Shown: positions 1-9,637, numbered from the stretch's first letter. The stretch is 64,000 nt of DNA from Gemmatimonadota bacterium (GCA_039588255.1 JBDHAF010000007.1:38137-102136); one strand, 5' to 3'. Numbers and translations: made by a program. The notes: generated by a model from the sequence alone, not told the origin.

Positions 1-1
1 C

Positions 2-457
2 ATCGTGCACATCATTCCGCAAGACATGGTGGATTACGCGGTGGCCCATCCGATCGTGATGATCGCCAGCGACGGGGTGCCCTACATCGGGGGACGAGCA
101 CACCCGCGGGGAGCCGGCACCTACGCCCGGGTGTTGGGGCGCTACGTCCGCGAGCAAGGCACCATCCCGCTGATGGAAGCCCTCCGCAAGATGTCGCTGC
201 TGCCCGCGCGCCGGTTGGAACGCGCCGTGCCCCAGATGCACAACAAGGGGCGCATCCGGGTGGGTGCTGACGCCGACCTCGCCGTGTTCGACCCCGATCG
301 GGTGATCGACCGGGCCACGTACGCCGACCCCGCCCAGTATTCGGAGGGGATCGTGCACGTCCTGGTCAACGGCACGTTCGTCGTCCGGGACGAGCGACTC
401 CTCGACGGTGTGTTTCCGGGGATCGGGATTCGTCGACCGGTGGCGCCGATACAGTAG
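2..457 (+). CDS. Amidohydrolase, N-acyl-D-amino-acid deacylase (D-aminoacylase) family, C-terminal part; 5' end lies outside the window
   Basis: Frame is open from the window edge. The translation DGVPYIGGRAHPRGAGTYARVLGRYVRE...GRIRVGADADLAVFDPDRVIDRATYADP resembles the C-terminal region of D-aminoacylase-type amidohydrolases. Confidence 0.75.
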   Translation: MVHIIPQDMVDYAVAHPIVMIASDGVPYIGGRAHPRGAGTYARVLGRYVREQGTIPLMEALRKMSLLPARRLERAVPQMHNKGRIRVGADADLAVFDPDRVIDRATYADPAQYSEGIVHVLVNGTFVVRDERLLDGVFPGIGIRRPVAPIQ

Positions 458-562
458 ACTACGACGACGAAGATGGGCCTGGTGGACATCCCTGAGGCCC
501 ACGCCTAAACTCCTCCCAAGCCAACAGCGCCATCTCTCATTCGCATCTTGGAGGAACCAACA

Positions 563-2149
563 ATGAGGCGCAGTCTGCTCCCACTCATGGCTGCGGCGGC
601 GATCGTGGCTCCCGTCACCACCGCGCAGGCCCAAACCTTCACCAACACTGACCCCGTATTGCAGAGAATCTGGGCCGAGGGCATGGACAACTCCCACGCC
701 TACCGCCTCGCCCAAACACTCCTCGACTCCATCGGCCCGCGGCTCACCGGCTCTCCCGAGATGGCGGCCGGCAACGGGTGGCTGGTGAACATGTACCGGA
801 GTTGGGGCGTGAGCGCCGAAAACGAGCAGTACGGCACGTGGGTGCGCTGGCGCCGGGGCCGGACGCACATCGATCTGGTAGAACCGCGGGTCCGCTCTCT
901 GGAAGGCATGATGCTCGCCTGGAGCCCGGGAACCAACGGGCGGACGGTGCGTGGCGACCTGGTCGTGCTGCCCGAGGTAGACACCGAAGAGGCCTTCGCC
1001 TCCTGGCTCCCCAACGTTCGGGACAAGTTCGTCGCCATATCCTTTCCCCAACCCACCTGCCGACCCAACGACGACCTGGAGCAGTGGTCCACCGAGGCCT
1101 CACTCGAGCGTTTCATGGAAGAGCGGCAGGCCGCGACGGAGGTGTTCAACCAGCGCCTTGCCGCACTGGGTTTCCGCGGCCGGGGCGGAGCGGGCCAACT
1201 CGCCGGTCAGCTCGAAGCGGCCGGTGCAGCCGGCGTGGTAACCTCCACTTGGTCCAACGGTTGGGGGGTCCGGCGCGTGTTCAGTGCCAGCACCGAGGGG
1301 ATTCCCACCGTGGATCTGGGTTGTGAGGACTATGGGCTCGTATACCGCCTCGCCGAGAACAGCCAGGGTCCCGTCCTGGAAGTCTTGGCCGACGCGGAGT
1401 TCCAGGGTGAACACCCGGCATACAACACGGTCGCCATGATTCGCGGGAGCGAGCTGCCCGACGAGTACGTGCTGCTCTCCGCTCACTTCGACTCGTGGGA
1501 CGGGGGCTCCGGCGCGACGGACAACGGCACCGGGACGATCACGATGCTCGAGGCCATGCGGATCTTGAGCAACGTGTACCCCAACCCCAAGCGCACCATC
1601 GTCGTGGGACACTGGAACAGCGAGGAGCAGGGACTCAACGGCTCTCGCGCCTTCGCCGAAGACCATCCAGAGATCGTCGAGGGACTGCAGGCGGCCTTCA
1701 ACCAGGACAACGGCACCGGCCGCGTGTCCCGCATCACCGCCCAGGGATTGACCGAAGCATCGGGGCACTTCGCCCGATGGCTCTCGATGATCCCCAGTGA
1801 CATCACCAATCACATCAGATTCAGCTTCCCCGGCACGCCGTCGGGCGGCGGGAGCGACCAGGCGTCGTTCATCTGTTCGGGCGCACCGGCCTTCAGCCTG
1901 GGAGCCCTGAGCTGGAACTACGGCTCGTACACGTGGCACACGCAGCGCGACACGTTCGACAAGGTCTGGATGGACGACTTGAAGAACAACGCGACATTGA
2001 CGGCGATGCTGGTGTACCTAGCGTCAGAGGACCCCGATCGGGTGCCCCGGACACGCCGAAGCGTCATGCCCACTCGCGGCACACAGCAGATGACGTGGCC
2101 GGAGTGCCGTGCGGCAACCCGGTCATGGGAGCAGTATCGCAATCGTTGA
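563..2149 (+). CDS. Secreted M28 family zinc aminopeptidase
   Basis: ATG 563 follows GGAGGA (550-555). Signal peptide MRRSLLPLMAAAAIVAPVTTAQA. M28 metal-ligand regions SAHFDSWDGGSGATDNGTG and HWNSEEQGLNGS. The TTG at 548 in the ORF track is probably not the real start. Confidence 0.85.
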   Translation: MRRSLLPLMAAAAIVAPVTTAQAQTFTNTDPVLQRIWAEGMDNSHAYRLAQTLLDSIGPRLTGSPEMAAGNGWLVNMYRSWGVSAENEQYGTWVRWRRGRTHIDLVEPRVRSLEGMMLAWSPGTNGRTVRGDLVVLPEVDTEEAFASWLPNVRDKFVAISFPQPTCRPNDDLEQWSTEASLERFMEERQAATEVFNQRLAALGFRGRGGAGQLAGQLEAAGAAGVVTSTWSNGWGVRRVFSASTEGIPTVDLGCEDYGLVYRLAENSQGPVLEVLADAEFQGEHPAYNTVAMIRGSELPDEYVLLSAHFDSWDGGSGATDNGTGTITMLEAMRILSNVYPNPKRTIVVGHWNSEEQGLNGSRAFAEDHPEIVEGLQAAFNQDNGTGRVSRITAQGLTEASGHFARWLSMIPSDITNHIRFSFPGTPSGGGSDQASFICSGAPAFSLGALSWNYGSYTWHTQRDTFDKVWMDDLKNNATLTAMLVYLASEDPDRVPRTRRSVMPTRGTQQMTWPECRAATRSWEQYRNR

Positions 2150-2171
2150 TGTGACGTAGCGGTTGATAAAC

Positions 2172-2207
2172 AAAACCCGCGGAGGGCTGGCTGCCTCCGC
2201 GGGTTTT
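2172..2207. terminator. Bidirectional intrinsic terminator hairpin between convergent genes
   Basis: AAAA-cccgcggagg-(8 nt loop)-cctccgcggg-TTTT. Perfect 10-bp GC stem with an A-tract on one side and a T-tract on the other. It lies between the M28 peptidase stop (2149) and the yajQ stop (2227). Confidence 0.6.
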
Positions 2208-2226
2208 CCGTCTCTGCGTTTTGCGA

Positions 2227-2724
2227 CTAGCGGTAGTTGCCGAACGTCAGCTCGATCCCCCAATCCTCCTCTCGCAGGAATCCCATTACCTCCTGGAGCG
2301 AGTCCTTTGAGGGGCCCGACACCCTGAGCTGATCACCTTGGATGGCGACCTGTACCTTCTTCATCTTCCGCCCCTTCACGGCCTTGACCATCGCCCGGGC
2401 CGTCTCCGCGGGGATCGATTGGGTGAGGATGATCTCCTTGCGAACGCGGCCGCCGGCTGCCTCCTCGTTCTCCCCGATGGTGAGATTCTTCACCGGGACA
2501 CGCCGCTTGATGAGCTTGCCCTGCAGGACGTCGAATAGAGATTTCATGCGGAAGTCGTCGTCCGCTTCCAACTTGAGCTGGGCGTGGGCGCGGTCGAACT
2601 CGATGGTGCACTTGGTTCCCTTGAAGTCGTACCGCTGGTGCACTTCCTTCATCGCCTGGTTGACCGCGTTGTCGATTTCCTGCAGATCGGCGCCGGTCGT
2701 GACGTCAAATGAGTAGCTGGCCAT
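2227..2724 (-). CDS. yajQ: YajQ family (UPF0234) nucleotide / cyclic-di-GMP-binding protein
   Basis: 165 aa. MASYSFDVTTGADLQEIDNAVNQAMKEVHQRYDFKGTKCTIEFD... is full-length and collinear with the YajQ family as I remember it. Confidence 0.9.
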   Translation of the reverse strand: MASYSFDVTTGADLQEIDNAVNQAMKEVHQRYDFKGTKCTIEFDRAHAQLKLEADDDFRMKSLFDVLQGKLIKRRVPVKNLTIGENEEAAGGRVRKEIILTQSIPAETARAMVKAVKGRKMKKVQVAIQGDQLRVSGPSKDSLQEVMGFLREEDWGIELTFGNYR

Positions 2725-2888
2725 GCCAGGACATTACTCCACTATCTTCCAGAACGCGATCTAAATCGTGAAGAAGTCTTTAGTCTACGGGCACGAAACT
2801 TGAAAACCACGCGGTTGCGGCGGAGGTTGCCACACCAGTCTCCTGGGAAGAACTTCGGCTGAGACCACTAGTGATGACGGAGATCCAG

Positions 2889-3770
2889 ATGCGACTCAGC
2901 GCGATGGCGGGATTGACCGTCCTGGCCGTGGCGACCGGCCTTTCCCCGGCCGGTGCCCAGCAGGCAACAGACATCTACGTGGGCAGTCTTTCGATGCAGG
3001 AAGGCCGGTTGGCGGTGACGGGACTGATCAACGCCACTGACCGGGACGGCTACGACAACCAGCCCTCCTTCGGTCCCGACGGCTCTTTCCTTTTGTATAC
3101 CTCGGGCCGGGCCGACGGCCAGACAGACATCTTCCAATACGACTTCTCCTCGGGGCAGATCAGCAGGGTGACGGAGACACCGGAAAGTGAGTATTCACCC
3201 ACCGTCGTGCCCAGCGGGGAGTCCTTTTCCGTCATCCGGGTCGAAGCGGATTCCACGCAGCGGCTGTGGAGCTTCGACATGAGCGGGGGGAACCCGTCGG
3301 TCGTGCTCGAGGACGTCATGCCGGTGGGCTATCACGCCTGGGGCAACGACCGCCTGCTGGCCCTCTTCGTCCTCGGGTCGCCGCCCACCCTCCAGCTCGC
3401 CGACGTCCGCACGGGCCGCGCCGATGTGATCGCAGAGGGCATCGGGCGCTCGATCCACCGCATTCCTGGGCAGCTCGCCATCAGCTTCGTCCAAAAGGTC
3501 AGCGACGACGAGTGGTGGATCAAACGCCTCGATCTCCGGACGCAGCAGATCACGCCCCTTGCCCAAACCCTCCCCGGAGCCGAGGACTATGCGTGGACGC
3601 CCCAGGGCATCGCGGTGGTGGGCCAGGGGTCCGTCCTGTTTCACTGGGACACCAGCACCGCAGCGTGGCGGGAGCTGGCCGACCTGTCCGATCAGGGAAT
3701 CGTGGGGATCACGAGGATCGCCATCAGTCCGGCGGGGGATCGGATTGCGATCGTGGGGAATCGCAACTGA
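2889..3770 (+). CDS. Secreted TolB-like beta-propeller protein
   Basis: Signal peptide MRLSAMAGLTVLAVATGLSPAGAQQ. WD40-like/TolB repeat signatures (DGYDNQPSFGPDGSFLLYTS, ESEYSPTVVPSG). The start could instead be 2871 or 2874. Confidence 0.6.
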   Translation: MRLSAMAGLTVLAVATGLSPAGAQQATDIYVGSLSMQEGRLAVTGLINATDRDGYDNQPSFGPDGSFLLYTSGRADGQTDIFQYDFSSGQISRVTETPESEYSPTVVPSGESFSVIRVEADSTQRLWSFDMSGGNPSVVLEDVMPVGYHAWGNDRLLALFVLGSPPTLQLADVRTGRADVIAEGIGRSIHRIPGQLAISFVQKVSDDEWWIKRLDLRTQQITPLAQTLPGAEDYAWTPQGIAVVGQGSVLFHWDTSTAAWRELADLSDQGIVGITRIAISPAGDRIAIVGNRN

Positions 3771-3773
3771 GCG

Positions 3774-5579
3774 CTACTGGCCGCGCCGGGCCTCGGCGGA
3801 GACCGGCTTCCCCGCTAACACCTCCGGCTCGTCCACCACGTACACGTTGTAGTCCCCCCGCTCGTACACGCTGAACGCGATCTTGTCCACGTCCTTCGCC
3901 GCCGACAGCGCCGGGCTCAGCGCCGTGATGCCGCTGATACCGGTGAAGAGGTTGGTGATCTGGTAGATCTGATTCGTGGTCGTGTCGAGGCGGTACGCGT
4001 TGGTGATGCCCTGAGGATTCCCCAGGAAGTACAGACTTTCCCCGTCCGCCGACCACTGGGGATTTGTGTTCTTGCCTTCCGGGAAGCTCATCATCGGCTC
4101 GATGCGGCCCGTCGCCGGATCCAGCACGGCAAGTCGATAGTTGCCATACGCCAGGCGCGACAGATTGGTGGAGAAACGATCGGTGGAGAAGGCAATGCTC
4201 CGTCCGTCCGGGGACCACGCCGGGTGCAGGTCGGTGTACGGGTCTTCGGTCATGCGCTGGAGCACGTCGCCCGCGAGATCATAGATGTAGAAGTCGGAAA
4301 ACCCCCCCACCACGGCGGAGAAAGCCACGAAATCACCCGAGGGAGACCACGTCGGATTGAAGATCTCCCCCAGGTCGGGAAAGACTTTCTCCTGAACAGT
4401 CGCGCCGGTTGCCGCATCGACGATGGTGAGCACGGGGTCCGATCCCGTCACGGCGCCGAACACGAACCGGTCGCCGCCCGGATTCCACGCCCCGGCCGAG
4501 CGAATGAACTGGATGCTCTCGAAGTGGGGATCCGAGGCGCTCTCGATGAGTTTGTTCAGCACCTCACCGGTTTCCGCGTCGGCGCGGAACATGTCCAGCG
4601 AGAACACGTCCCTAATCGAGAGGAAAACCAGCTCCGTCCCATCGGGACTCAACGTGGGGCCGAGGTTGATACCGCTGCCCGCTTCCTTGTCCAGGATGAC
4701 CGTGCCGTAGGTCTCCGGCTTCTCGGTGGCTTCCAGCACGTCCCGATAGGCCAGTCTTACTTCGTCTTGCCACTCGGCGTTGACCGAGTCCACCGGAATT
4801 CCGAGCACCTGGCGCAGGGCCTGCTCGGCGCCACCCAAACGGGCCGCCGCGTTCAGGATGCGCCCCACCACGTCGTCCCCCCACCGACCAGCCACGTACG
4901 CCCAAAATGCCTGGCCGAACCGATACGGAAAAAACCGGGGATCGTTGAGCTGGGCCATCGTGGGCAACCGGTCGGTCTCTGACGCGTCCCGGATCCACAT
5001 CGCCGTGTGAGGATCGGCCGGCCCCACCGACAGGTACTCTGCCATGCCCTCGATGAACCACAGCGGCAATCCCAGCGCCCGGGGCAACACGGTGGGTCCG
5101 AATCCCTGATCCCGCGTCGTCATGTCGAACTGGAATGCGTGGACCAGCTCGTGACCCAGCACGTGGTCGGTCTCCGGGAGCGGACCCGCAAACGGCAGCA
5201 CGATGCGACGCTTGAGCGCTTCTGTCGCACCGCCGGTTCCCTCTCCCACACCGCCGCCGAGTTGGGTGGTCTGCTTGAAGTGGGGGTGACTGGCGTAGTA
5301 CATGACGGGCTGCCGATCCTGGAACTCGTGGTTCAACAGTCGCGACAACCGGGCATACCACCGCTCGGCCATGCGCCCCGCTTGCTGTGCGGCTTCTCGC
5401 TCTTCGTCGTAATAGTAGATGTCGAAGTGTTCCGTCTGCAGGATCTTGAAGTCGAAGCTGTCGTAACGGACGAGGTTTTGACCGAATCCCGTGTCCGGAA
5501 CGCCGACACACCCCGTGAGCAGGATGAGCCCGATCGTGGCTGCCAGCACTTTTGCGTTTCCCTTTTTCGATATCATCAT
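3774..5579 (-). CDS. Lipoprotein zinc metalloprotease (HExxH) with C-terminal TolB-like beta-propeller
   Basis: Lipobox LLTGC in the N-terminal signal. HVLGHELVHAFQ zinc-binding motif. C-terminal repeats of the type SPDG..LVF / WSPDGRSIAF / QWSADGESLYF. Confidence 0.75.
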   Translation of the reverse strand: MMISKKGNAKVLAATIGLILLTGCVGVPDTGFGQNLVRYDSFDFKILQTEHFDIYYYDEEREAAQQAGRMAERWYARLSRLLNHEFQDRQPVMYYASHPHFKQTTQLGGGVGEGTGGATEALKRRIVLPFAGPLPETDHVLGHELVHAFQFDMTTRDQGFGPTVLPRALGLPLWFIEGMAEYLSVGPADPHTAMWIRDASETDRLPTMAQLNDPRFFPYRFGQAFWAYVAGRWGDDVVGRILNAAARLGGAEQALRQVLGIPVDSVNAEWQDEVRLAYRDVLEATEKPETYGTVILDKEAGSGINLGPTLSPDGTELVFLSIRDVFSLDMFRADAETGEVLNKLIESASDPHFESIQFIRSAGAWNPGGDRFVFGAVTGSDPVLTIVDAATGATVQEKVFPDLGEIFNPTWSPSGDFVAFSAVVGGFSDFYIYDLAGDVLQRMTEDPYTDLHPAWSPDGRSIAFSTDRFSTNLSRLAYGNYRLAVLDPATGRIEPMMSFPEGKNTNPQWSADGESLYFLGNPQGITNAYRLDTTTNQIYQITNLFTGISGITALSPALSAAKDVDKIAFSVYERGDYNVYVVDEPEVLAGKPVSAEARRGQ

Positions 5580-5732
5580 GCTTCCTTCGCTGCTTCAGTT
5601 CCCTGCAGGCGGTCGAGGGTGGAACCACTGCCCACCCAGGAGCCGTTGCCTATAACGAAACCCCCGAAGGGGATCGCGGTTCCCCGTGACCGCGCTCACT
5701 ATCATCTAGAACAGTGGCTGGTATTATAGAGT

Positions 5733-6638
5733 ATGCGATCGCTCCTCGTCCTGGTACTCAGTTTGGGTCTCGCCGGCGCGGCCCGAGGCCAGGAGTTGGC
5801 CATGGCGGCGGACGTCCGCTGGGAGCCCGGGCAACTCCAACAGGGCACGCTCATCTACCTCATCGTCAATCCGAACCTCACAGACGACGGTATCACGATC
5901 ACCGGCCAGATGGCCGGCCAGGAGCTCCACTTCGAGCGGGACCCGTCGGGCGAGTTCCGCGCCGTGGCGCCCATTCCGGTCAACGCCATGGAGACCATAC
6001 CGTTTACATTCGCCGTGGTTCAACGCGCCGACACCTCGCACCGAATGGTTCGCGTGCCGGTGCAGCCGCGGGAGTTTCGCTCCTCGAGACTGTCCGTCGA
6101 CCCCCGCTTCTCTGACCAACCGGACTCCGCCCTCCGGGAGCGCATCCGGCGGGAGTCTGGCCAGTCGGTGGCGGTATCGCTGCGCTCGCACGATACCCCG
6201 CGGATGTGGGACGGAGAGTGGATTCCGCCGCGGCAGGATCGGATCACGAGCGAGTTCGGCGTTCGTCGGGTCTTCAACGGCGAGCTGCGTAGCCGGCACT
6301 ACGGTGTGGATTTCGACGGCGAGCCCGGCGACCCCATCGTGGCGTCCAACCGGGGCGTCGTCGCCCTGGTAGGCGATTTCTACTACTCCGGGAACGTCGT
6401 GTATCTCGACCACGGCAAGGGACTCATCACCATCTACATGCACATGAGCGAGGTCGATGTCACCGAAGGTCAGATCGTGGAGCGCGGCCAGCAGCTCGGG
6501 AGGGTGGGCGCCACCGGCCGGGTGACGGGTCCCCATGTGCATTGGATCGCCCGGTACAGCCGCATTTCGGTGGACGGGCTGAGTCTCTTCGACCTACCGA
6601 TTCCCGATGGGGACGCCGTCGTCGACGAAGGCACCTGA
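5733..6638 (+). CDS. Secreted M23 family (LytM-type) metallopeptidase
   Basis: Signal peptide MRSLLVLVLSLGLAGAARG. M23 catalytic core HYGVDFDG...DHGKGLITIYMHMS...GRVGATGRVTGPHVHW. Confidence 0.85.
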   Translation: MRSLLVLVLSLGLAGAARGQELAMAADVRWEPGQLQQGTLIYLIVNPNLTDDGITITGQMAGQELHFERDPSGEFRAVAPIPVNAMETIPFTFAVVQRADTSHRMVRVPVQPREFRSSRLSVDPRFSDQPDSALRERIRRESGQSVAVSLRSHDTPRMWDGEWIPPRQDRITSEFGVRRVFNGELRSRHYGVDFDGEPGDPIVASNRGVVALVGDFYYSGNVVYLDHGKGLITIYMHMSEVDVTEGQIVERGQQLGRVGATGRVTGPHVHWIARYSRISVDGLSLFDLPIPDGDAVVDEGT

Positions 6639-7159
6639 TCGAAGGGCCGCCGCGTGCGATTGGCCACCGCATGCACCGAGATGAATCGATCGACCCCTGC
6701 CAGGATGAGACCGGTGACGGACCCGATCCGGTTCGCCGGGACGGTCCCGAGACTGAGCCCCGATCTCCACGTGGGCCCGAACGTCGGCTGGGAGTCCCGC
6801 ACCATCGCCGCCAGCTGCCGCAGCTCCACCTCCACGCTGTAGATGTAGAGATACGGTGAGGGTTTCAGCAGGTTGAGCCGGGCGTGCAGCACGGGATTTC
6901 CAAGCGTGACCTTCCATTCTTCTTCCGTGAGCACCTTGATGCGGGCATCGGTCAGTTTCGCGACGATTAGCTGGTGCACGCTGTCGGGGTTGAACCCGTC
7001 GGCCAACGCCTCTGCCGTCACCCCACCCACTTCGATAAACACACCTGGAAGCCGGTGAAGGCTCATGGTGTCCATGGCCAGGGTTTGGGCGGAAATCGAC
7101 GCTGCGAAAAGCCCGTGCAACACCGCGACACCGATCGTCACTCTTCGAATCTGTTTCAT
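6470..7159 (-). CDS. Hypothetical secreted protein
   Basis: Signal peptide MKQIRRVTIGVAVLHGLFAASISAQ. The start ATG overlaps the stop of the upstream oxidoreductase (ATGA at 7156-7159). The last ~55 codons run antisense through the 3' end of the M23 gene, so the true C-terminus is uncertain. Confidence 0.5.
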   Translation of the reverse strand: MKQIRRVTIGVAVLHGLFAASISAQTLAMDTMSLHRLPGVFIEVGGVTAEALADGFNPDSVHQLIVAKLTDARIKVLTEEEWKVTLGNPVLHARLNLLKPSPYLYIYSVEVELRQLAAMVRDSQPTFGPTWRSGLSLGTVPANRIGSVTGLILAGVDRFISVHAVANRTRRPFDQVPSSTTASPSGIGRSKRLSPSTEMRLYRAIQCTWGPVTRPVAPTLPSCWPRSTI

Positions 7160-8388
7160 GACTCTGCGAACCGCGTGAGGGAAAGGAAGGGATCTACGTC
7201 CGCTTCGGCGACGACGCGCTGGGCAACGTACTCACCCACCACGGGACCGAGCTTGAAGCCGTGCCCCGAGCCGCCACCAACCAGCCACACGTCCTTCCCT
7301 TCAGGGTGCCGGTCGATGACGAAGTGGCCGTCCGGCGTGTTGGCGTACTGACAGACCCGCGCCTCCAGCATCGGCGCGCCGGCGAGCGCCGGGAAACGGC
7401 GCTCGATATACTGTTGCGCTCGCCGCAGCCCCTCGGGGGTCGGCGACCGGTCGGCGGTGGTGGGGTCGAGTTTCGCCCCTCGTGTATCATCCCCGATCTT
7501 GAACCCGCGCGAGGACGTCGCCGGGAAGCCGTAGTACATCGGCTCGTCGAAATCGATCCACACGGGAAGACGACCCTCATCGAAGCGGGCGTCGCCGGCG
7601 GGCGTGCCCATGTAATAAACTTCTTGGCGCGTCGAGACGATTACGTCTCCCATCACGTCGGGAAAGAGATCCGCGAGCCACGGCCCACAGGCGAACACAA
7701 CGCGGTCGGCGTCGAGCGACGTTCCGTCGGCCAACGTGACGCCTGCCGACGCGCACTGCTGCGCGACGTCAGCGTCGACCCGAACCGTCTGTTGCAGGTA
7801 CGTTCCGCCCTCCGCAACGAAGCGGTCCCGCACCATCCCGCACGCCGTTGCGGCGTACAAGAACCCCGCTTCGTGCTCGACCAGGGCCCACTCGACACCG
7901 TCGAAGTTGATTTGGGGAAATCGTGCGGCCGCCGCTGCCACATCCAGCTCGTCGAACGGCAGCCCGCACTCCGTGAGGTACGGGAGTGACGCGCGCACGT
8001 AGCGATCGTCGTCACCCACCATCCACAGCACGCCGGTTCGACGAAAGAGGGAGCTGCCCTCCTCTGCCTCGAACGCGCGCCACATCTGCAGGGCCCTCGC
8101 CGTCCACGCCACGTAGGCCCCATCACTTCCGTAGACACCACGCATCGCCCGGGTCACTCCGCCCGAGCTGGCACGGGCGTTCGCCGGTCCCCACGCGTCC
8201 ACCAGAGTGACGTCCGCACCTGCCCGGAGCAGGTGGAGGGCGGTCCAGCCGCCGAAGGCGCCCGCCCCGACGACCACCACCCGCAGCGATCGGGCCGCGG
8301 CCGGGTCGATCGCAGCATCGTCGTCGAAGGAGACGTTCGTCGGTGGTTCGGTGGTGCGGCTGGCCCACTGCGTGCGGTCGCGCGTCAA
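7156..8388 (-). CDS. FAD-dependent oxidoreductase (DAO / monomeric sarcosine-oxidase-like)
   Basis: Dinucleotide-binding motif VVVVGAGAFGG plus C-terminal GGGSGHGFKLGP. The ORF is open to 8586, but that part lies inside fdhD. I set the start at the in-frame TTG 8388, which overlaps the fdhD stop (TTGA). The start is uncertain. Confidence 0.8.
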   Translation of the reverse strand: MTRDRTQWASRTTEPPTNVSFDDDAAIDPAAARSLRVVVVGAGAFGGWTALHLLRAGADVTLVDAWGPANARASSGGVTRAMRGVYGSDGAYVAWTARALQMWRAFEAEEGSSLFRRTGVLWMVGDDDRYVRASLPYLTECGLPFDELDVAAAAARFPQINFDGVEWALVEHEAGFLYAATACGMVRDRFVAEGGTYLQQTVRVDADVAQQCASAGVTLADGTSLDADRVVFACGPWLADLFPDVMGDVIVSTRQEVYYMGTPAGDARFDEGRLPVWIDFDEPMYYGFPATSSRGFKIGDDTRGAKLDPTTADRSPTPEGLRRAQQYIERRFPALAGAPMLEARVCQYANTPDGHFVIDRHPEGKDVWLVGGGSGHGFKLGPVVGEYVAQRVVAEADVDPFLSLTRFAES

Positions 8389-9194
8389 TCGGCCAACCGG
8401 TCCTCTCCCGCATACACATTGAATCCCTCGCCGCGGGAAAACCCGACCAACAGCATGTCCGTTTCCCGGGCCAACTCCACGGCGAGTGAGGACGGGGCGG
8501 ACACTCCGACGAGTCCGCCGATGCCGGCCAGAGCCGCCTTCTGCACGACTTCGAAGCTCTGGCGTCCCGACACCGCGAGCAGGCACGGTGGCAACGGCCA
8601 GTGCAACTGAGTTGCAGCACCGATCGCCTTGTCCACGGCGTTGTGCCGACCGACGTCCTCGCGAACCGCGATCACTTCACCGTAGACGTCAAACAGACCA
8701 GCGGCGTGGAGCCCCCCCGTGACATCGAACGTCGGCTGATGGTCGCGCAACCGGTCGGTGAGGGACGCCGCTATGCTCTTCTCGATCGTCCACGACGCAA
8801 CCGGTCGCCCAAAGAGGCGCACTTGCTCGATGGAGGCCTTGCCACACACCCCGCACGAACTCGAGGCAAACATGTTGCGCTGGAACTGTGTCGCGTCCAC
8901 CTCGATCCCCTCGGCGAGCCGCACCGACAGGCGGGAGGCATCGAGGTGTTCGATGGCATGGATCTCGGTGGGGTCGAGGAGGATCCCCTCGGTGAGGCAG
9001 AAACCGCGGACGAGGTCTTCATCGTCGCCGGGCGTCCGCATCACCACGGCCAGCACCACATCGCCGAGTCGGATCTCCAGCGGTTCCTCTACCGCCACCG
9101 TGTCGTCATCCGATCCGGCGGACGCGGCCGCATGGCGCACGATCTCCACGTGGCGACTGCGCACCGACTCTTCCGTCTGCTCGGATGACTTCAT
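8385..9194 (-). CDS. fdhD: Formate dehydrogenase accessory sulfurtransferase FdhD
   Basis: 269 aa from ATG 9194 (MKSSEQTEE...). FdhD hallmarks SSCGVCGK and GRHNAVDKAIG. The ORF-track extension to 9752 is Arg/Gly-rich and overlaps another gene. Confidence 0.85.
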   Translation of the reverse strand: MKSSEQTEESVRSRHVEIVRHAAASAGSDDDTVAVEEPLEIRLGDVVLAVVMRTPGDDEDLVRGFCLTEGILLDPTEIHAIEHLDASRLSVRLAEGIEVDATQFQRNMFASSSCGVCGKASIEQVRLFGRPVASWTIEKSIAASLTDRLRDHQPTFDVTGGLHAAGLFDVYGEVIAVREDVGRHNAVDKAIGAATQLHWPLPPCLLAVSGRQSFEVVQKAALAGIGGLVGVSAPSSLAVELARETDMLLVGFSRGEGFNVYAGEDRLAD

Positions 9195-9232
9195 CGATGT
9201 AAAGTATCTCGTGGGGGTGCGTACCGCAGAGC

Positions 9233-9637
9233 CTACGTACCGGAGGTTTCCGCCATATCCGGGGATCGTCGCCGATCCTCTCCGGTCCACTCCTCCCGGG
9301 ATTGCACGGCGCTCACGAGGAGCGCGCCTCCGGACGCGATGGCACCCCCCGCCACCAAGGTCGGGACGTACAGCACCGCCATTGGGAGCGGGAGGACGAG
9401 ACCGAATAACCCGGCCAGCTGCCCCACCGGCCCCGCGGATCCCGTGAAGACCAGCAGGCCGACCCAGCCCGCCGTGGCCGCACCGGCCGTAACCCGTATG
9501 GGCTGATCCGATTTCCGCACGATAGCGGCCCAGACCGCTCCCACCACGAACACCACCCACCACCCGAAGGCGAGTGTGGCCATCGCAAACGCGACGGTGA
9601 GAACCAGGATGGCAATCGGCTGGCCTGGAGAGCGCAA
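9233..9637 (-). CDS. Hypothetical small integral membrane protein (about 4 TM segments)
   Basis: TTG start with GGAGGA 6 nt upstream. Hydrophobic segments IAILVLTVAFAMATLAFGWWVVFVVGAVWAAIV, ATAGWVGLLVF and LAGLFGLVLPLPMAVLYVPTLVAGGAIASGGALLV. No family recognised. Confidence 0.5.
   Translation of the reverse strand: MRSPGQPIAILVLTVAFAMATLAFGWWVVFVVGAVWAAIVRKSDQPIRVTAGAATAGWVGLLVFTGSAGPVGQLAGLFGLVLPLPMAVLYVPTLVAGGAIASGGALLVSAVQSREEWTGEDRRRSPDMAETSGT

Noticed and set aside
1100-1939. 279-aa minus-strand ORF (and several others) inside the M28 peptidase gene
   Set aside because: It is antisense or out of frame relative to a gene with clear family motifs. Its composition is Arg/Gly/Ala/Pro-rich, typical of shadow ORFs in high-GC DNA. 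No start context or recognisable motifs.
5722-5727. TATTAT -10-like hexamers immediately upstream of start codons (M23 gene at 5722-5727; PadR-kinase at 9806-9811), suggesting leaderless mRNAs
   Set aside because: The promoter consensus for this lineage is unknown to me, no convincing -35 partner is present, and an AT-rich hexamer next to a start codon can arise by chance. This is not supportable without TSS data.
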